Shown here piece after piece: positions 50,697 through 53,724 of a stretch of 53,724 bases of DNA. The number at the start of each line of letters is the position of its first letter. Within the stretch, counting starts at the first letter, position 1. This DNA is from Geopsychrobacteraceae bacterium (GTDB taxonomy: Bacteria; Desulfobacterota; Desulfuromonadia; Desulfuromonadales; Geopsychrobacteraceae), in contig DASWJX010000283.1 in assembly GCA_036396915.1 (NCBI GenBank), positions 1-53,724 of the forward strand, written 5' to 3'. A model generated the notes under the pieces. That model had not been told where the DNA came from, made no database searches, and saw nothing but the letters and a program-made list of their open reading frames with translations. The position numbers and the translations under genes were made by a program.

Positions 50697-51506
50697 CTAT
50701 ACGGTTGTGCGCCGGTCGTCAGCAAAATGTCGGAGCGCCCGGAGCAGAAAATCCTGCGGCTCAAGGTTCGCCGGTGCGATCCGCTCGGCAAGAATTCGTC
50801 GTCCTTCGGCCAGTTGATCCGCAAGATAAAGCGCCGGGTCGCCCGCTCTGATCCCCCGGTCGATCCGCTCCTGATGGTACAGAGCGATGTCGGCGATCAG
50901 CAGTCGCGCCAATTCTTCCGCCGCCCGGCCGGCGCCGACATCGGCCGGGCCGCGTTCTTCTTCCTGCGCCGAGCGGTAGAAGCCTGCTGAAGGCTCGTTC
51001 AGTTCAAGATCGGGGCAAAGCTCACGCAACAGAGGCAGCAGGCGGTCACCGATATGGTGCAATTCCAGATAGGCGTCCGCTCCATAGAGCGATGTCGGCC
51101 GCCGCTTGTAAGCCGTCTTATTATAAACCGAGGGCAGGAGAATGATTTTAACCGGTTTTTCAGCGGACTTGCGCTGAGCTTGTTCGATCAGTTCAAACGG
51201 AAAGGCCCCGGTCAGGGCCACGTCGAGCAACAGGATCCGGACCGGATGGTCCCGCAACAGACGCAGCGCCTCATCGCGTTCACTGCAGGTCAGGATCGAC
51301 AGGCCGTCCTGGGCCAGCACGGCCTGCAACTCGGCAAAAGACTTGGGGCAACCGTGCGCAATCAGCACGGTTGCCGTTGCATCGATAGGCACCTCGACGT
51401 TGCATGATTGACGACATGCCGGGCAGCGCAGCGCTAAACGTTTTCCGGCATAACGCTGCGCGTCCAGACGCAGCGACGCCTGGCAAGCGGGACATTCAAC
51501 AATCAT
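50697..51506 (-). CDS. MJ0042-type zinc-ribbon protein with a degenerate receiver-like domain and an uncharacterised helical C-terminus
   Basis: N-terminus MIVECPACQASLRL...LRCPACRQ (two CPxC knuckles). A central alpha/beta segment keeps the ILLLDVAL aspartate position but has LIAHG in place of the acidic pair and lacks the conserved Lys. The C-terminal ~90 aa have no motif I recognise. ATG 51506 follows GGGGGTGG. The ORF is open to GTG 51518. Confidence 0.6.
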   Translation of the reverse strand: MIVECPACQASLRLDAQRYAGKRLALRCPACRQSCNVEVPIDATATVLIAHGCPKSFAELQAVLAQDGLSILTCSERDEALRLLRDHPVRILLLDVALTGAFPFELIEQAQRKSAEKPVKIILLPSVYNKTAYKRRPTSLYGADAYLELHHIGDRLLPLLRELCPDLELNEPSAGFYRSAQEEERGPADVGAGRAAEELARLLIADIALYHQERIDRGIRAGDPALYLADQLAEGRRILAERIAPANLEPQDFLLRALRHFADDRRTTV

Positions 51507-52041
51507 GGGCGATGCCACCCCCGCCGCTGCCGGCGGTCAGGGCCGGTCGATGCAACTGCGCGCCGTCGATAACCTGGTCGCTGTCCAGAATCTTTTTCAA
51601 ATCCAGCAACATATACAAACGCTCGCCATAACGGCAAACTCCGGGGAAAAACCGTGCATTTTCTCCGGAGAGATAATAGGGAGCCGGCTGGATCTCTTCA
51701 CGGTCGCAGGTCCGAATTTCAGTGACCTCGTTGACAAGCAGGGCGATCATGCGCCCGGCCACCGCACAGATGATCATCCGCAGCCGGCTGTCCTGCTCCG
51801 TCACCGGAAGATCGAAGCGTCGCCGCAGATCAACGACCGGAATAACCGTGTTGCGCAGGGTGATAATGCCGTCAACATAAGCCGGTGCTTTGGGAACCGG
51901 GGTTAACGGCAGGGGGCGTATGATTTCACGGATACACATGATATCCAGCGCATAGTAGCCGCTGGCGACCCGCAGAAAAGCGAGCTTGACGTGCTGTGAT
52001 GGTCCGTTTTCACCGGCTTCGGGTCGATGCTCTCTCATCAA
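51496..52041 (-). CDS. cheW: CheW-like coupling protein
   Basis: Contains YALDIMCIREIIRPLPLTPVPKAPAYVDGIITLRNTVIPVVDLRRRF and IALLVNEVTEI, a CheW fold. Confidence 0.85.
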   Translation of the reverse strand: MMREHRPEAGENGPSQHVKLAFLRVASGYYALDIMCIREIIRPLPLTPVPKAPAYVDGIITLRNTVIPVVDLRRRFDLPVTEQDSRLRMIICAVAGRMIALLVNEVTEIRTCDREEIQPAPYYLSGENARFFPGVCRYGERLYMLLDLKKILDSDQVIDGAQLHRPALTAGSGGGGIAHDC

Positions 52042-52053
52042 AACAGCAGCCGA

Positions 52054-52419
52054 TCAGATAAGCAGTTTTTCAATGGTTTCGATCACCATCGCTGACTTGA
52101 ACGGCTTGGTAATATATTCATCGGCGCCGACCTGTTTGCCGTGCGCCATATCTTCCGGGGTCTTTTTGGCGGTCAACAATACCACCGGGATGTGCTGGGT
52201 GGCCGGATCGTTCTTGACCCTGGAACACACCTCGAAGCCGTCCAGTTCCGGCAACATGGCGTCCAGCAGGATCAGATCCGGCTTTTCCTCGGCAACGGCC
52301 TCCAGAGCGGCAATCCCGGTGGTAGCTCCACGGACCAGATAACCCTTGGTGGTCAAAAGAATGCTTTCCAGTTTCAACAAGCTTTCTTCGTCTTCAACAA
52401 TCAGTATTTTTTTCTGCAT
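52054..52419 (-). CDS. Single-domain response regulator (receiver)
   Basis: Contains ILIVEDEE, LILLDAMLP, VVLLTAK and YITKPF. Confidence 0.88.
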   Translation of the reverse strand: MQKKILIVEDEESLLKLESILLTTKGYLVRGATTGIAALEAVAEEKPDLILLDAMLPELDGFEVCSRVKNDPATQHIPVVLLTAKKTPEDMAHGKQVGADEYITKPFKSAMVIETIEKLLI

Positions 52420-52491
52420 AGAACCTACCCTCCACGATGTATTACTTCAAATCCAATGGCTTGGTCAAAGTCCGGATCGGCATCGACAAAC

Positions 52492-53148
52492 CTACAGCAC
52501 CACAGGAGCCGGCGCTTCGATCGCCATCACCTTCTCCGCGTCCAGCAGAATCAGCATCCGACCTTGAAGCCGACCGACGCCGGCAACAAAATCACCGGCC
52601 GGCGCGTTCAGCATCAAAGGCGGTGACTCCAGCAGATCACTGTTGATCCTGGCAACCTGGCCCACCTTATCAACCAGCAAGCCGATCCGCTGCTCTGCGA
52701 CGGTGCAAACGATAACCCGCTGCTGACTGTCGTCGCCGGGCGCGGCCAGGGACAGGCGGCGTCGCAGATCGATGACCGGGACAATCACTCCGCGCAATGA
52801 AACGATCCCCAACAAATAATCCGGGACCTGAGGCAGTTCGGTCAGATGACGCGGTCGAATCAACTCCAGAACGATCGACAACTCCAGGGCATATTCTTCC
52901 CGGCCCATAAAAAAAGTCAGCCACTGTACCGTCTGCTCCTCGCAGCCACTCTTCTGCAGCAGGTTTTGCGCATATTCCTCTTCGCTTGCTGTCGTCAGGC
53001 CGGTTTCGCAATTCCAGAAGCTCTCCAGCGTCGCCACGGGAGAACCTTCGTCAAGCGCAAGCGGTGCCGGCAAGCGGCTTTGCTGCTCGTCCGCTTCGGT
53101 TGCAGCATTTTGCAAACGGGCTTTCTTCCTGATTTCGGCAAGATCCAT
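52492..53148 (-). CDS. cheW: CheW-domain protein with an ~70-aa N-terminal extension
   Basis: Contains EYALELSIVLELIRPRHLTELPQVPDYLLGIVSLRGVIVPVIDLRRRL and IGLLVDKVGQV. Confidence 0.82.
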   Translation of the reverse strand: MDLAEIRKKARLQNAATEADEQQSRLPAPLALDEGSPVATLESFWNCETGLTTASEEEYAQNLLQKSGCEEQTVQWLTFFMGREEYALELSIVLELIRPRHLTELPQVPDYLLGIVSLRGVIVPVIDLRRRLSLAAPGDDSQQRVIVCTVAEQRIGLLVDKVGQVARINSDLLESPPLMLNAPAGDFVAGVGRLQGRMLILLDAEKVMAIEAPAPVVL

Positions 53149-53268
53149 TATTTACCTGAGCAGCTGATCGTCACACAGACCGCATGGAGTTGGGCAATTA
53201 TAGCAGAATTTCATCTGCCGCCCGAGAGTAAAAAGAATTAATTTTGAGCTGCGAAGCACAAGATACTT

Positions 53269-53724
53269 TCAGAGTTCTCGCAACTCTGCGACGACCTCTG
53301 CGATGATATCCGCGTCGATCCGGACGCTGCCGCGGCCGAACCCTTCCAGAAGCGCCAGCGCGGCAACCTGATTGATCTTTCGCGGGATGCCGCCGCTGAA
53401 CAGGGCAACATCCCTGATCGCCTCGGCCTGAAACAGATCCTCCGAACCGCCGGCGCAGCGTATTCTGTGCCGTAGATACAATCCGGCTTCGGCTTCATTC
53501 AGAGGTCCCAGATCGAAATGGATGCCGATGCGCTGGCGCAGCGGCTCATAGACCGGATGCGCAAGGCGGGTCCGCAGTTCCGGCTGCCCCATCAGGACGA
53601 CACTGAGCAGATTTCCGTCATCCAGTTGAAAATTCGTCAACAGGCGGATCTCATCAAAGGTATCCTTGTGCGGAATCAACTGCGCTTCATCAATGATCAG
53701 CACCGGATGAACCCCCTCCCGGTA
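53269..53724 (-). CDS. ExeA/GspA/MshM-like AAA ATPase (5'-partial, runs off the right edge)
   Basis: The frame is open to the window edge (...YREGVHPVLIIDEAQLIP). Walker-B LIIDEAQ is followed by LLTNFQLD...LSVVLMGQPELR...GGIPRKINQVA, typical of COG3267 ExeA-like ATPases. Confidence 0.7.
   Translation of the reverse strand, partial: YREGVHPVLIIDEAQLIPHKDTFDEIRLLTNFQLDDGNLLSVVLMGQPELRTRLAHPVYEPLRQRIGIHFDLGPLNEAEAGLYLRHRIRCAGGSEDLFQAEAIRDVALFSGGIPRKINQVAALALLEGFGRGSVRIDADIIAEVVAELREL

Noticed and set aside
45274-53268. Looked for CheA (HPt/HATPase) or MCP (HAMP/methyl-accepting signalling hairpin) coding capacity on either strand within the che-like cluster.
   Set aside because: All sizeable frames are accounted for by the listed genes and none contains kinase N/G1/F/G2 boxes or the MCP signalling motif. 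Absence applies to this window only, since the cluster runs off the right edge.

Overview
GC-rich (~58-60%) bacterial chromosome segment. By gene content and protein style it looks deltaproteobacterial (Desulfuromonadales/Geobacter-like); that is inference from reading the ORF translations, with no searches run. About 90% of the window is core housekeeping DNA, and all but four CDS are on the minus strand. It contains several synteny blocks also known from E. coli: guaB-guaA; prfB; fur; apt; surE-pcm-(yqaA-like)-nlpD-rpoS; thrS-infC-rpmI-rplT-pheS-pheT-ihfA; yceD-rpmF-plsX-fabH-fabD-fabG-acpP-fabF; and leuS-lptE-holA. There is also a run rpiB-glyA-dCMP deaminase-nrdR-ribD-ribE-ribBA-ribH-nusB-hom. 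Three tRNA genes are present (Val-CAC, Arg-CCT, Val-GAC). No rRNA and no CRISPR array were seen. Four regions are non-core. (1) nt 1-1383: a truncated ISL3-family transposase whose 3' part is replaced by the repeat-bearing end of a second element running off the left edge, plus a stranded promoter/terminator unit. (2) A 168-bp MITE-like insertion placed exactly on the rpoS stop codon. (3) A ~160-bp imperfect palindrome in the pheS-pheT spacer, flanked by a duplication of the pheS 3' end. (4) nt 45274-53724: an 8.4-kb minus-strand chemosensory-like gene string (ExeA-like ATPase, CheW, REC, CheW, zinc-ribbon/degenerate-receiver protein, ~670-aa HEAT-repeat protein, CheR, CheB, coiled-coil GAF protein, CheY) with no CheA or MCP inside the window. 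Region 4 is the best candidate for an incompletely described system. Recoding and regulatory details visible in the sequence include the prfB +1 frameshift, an AUA start on infC, a TTG start on infA and a Fur-box-like palindrome. All functional calls rest on motif recognition by eye, and start codons are best guesses.
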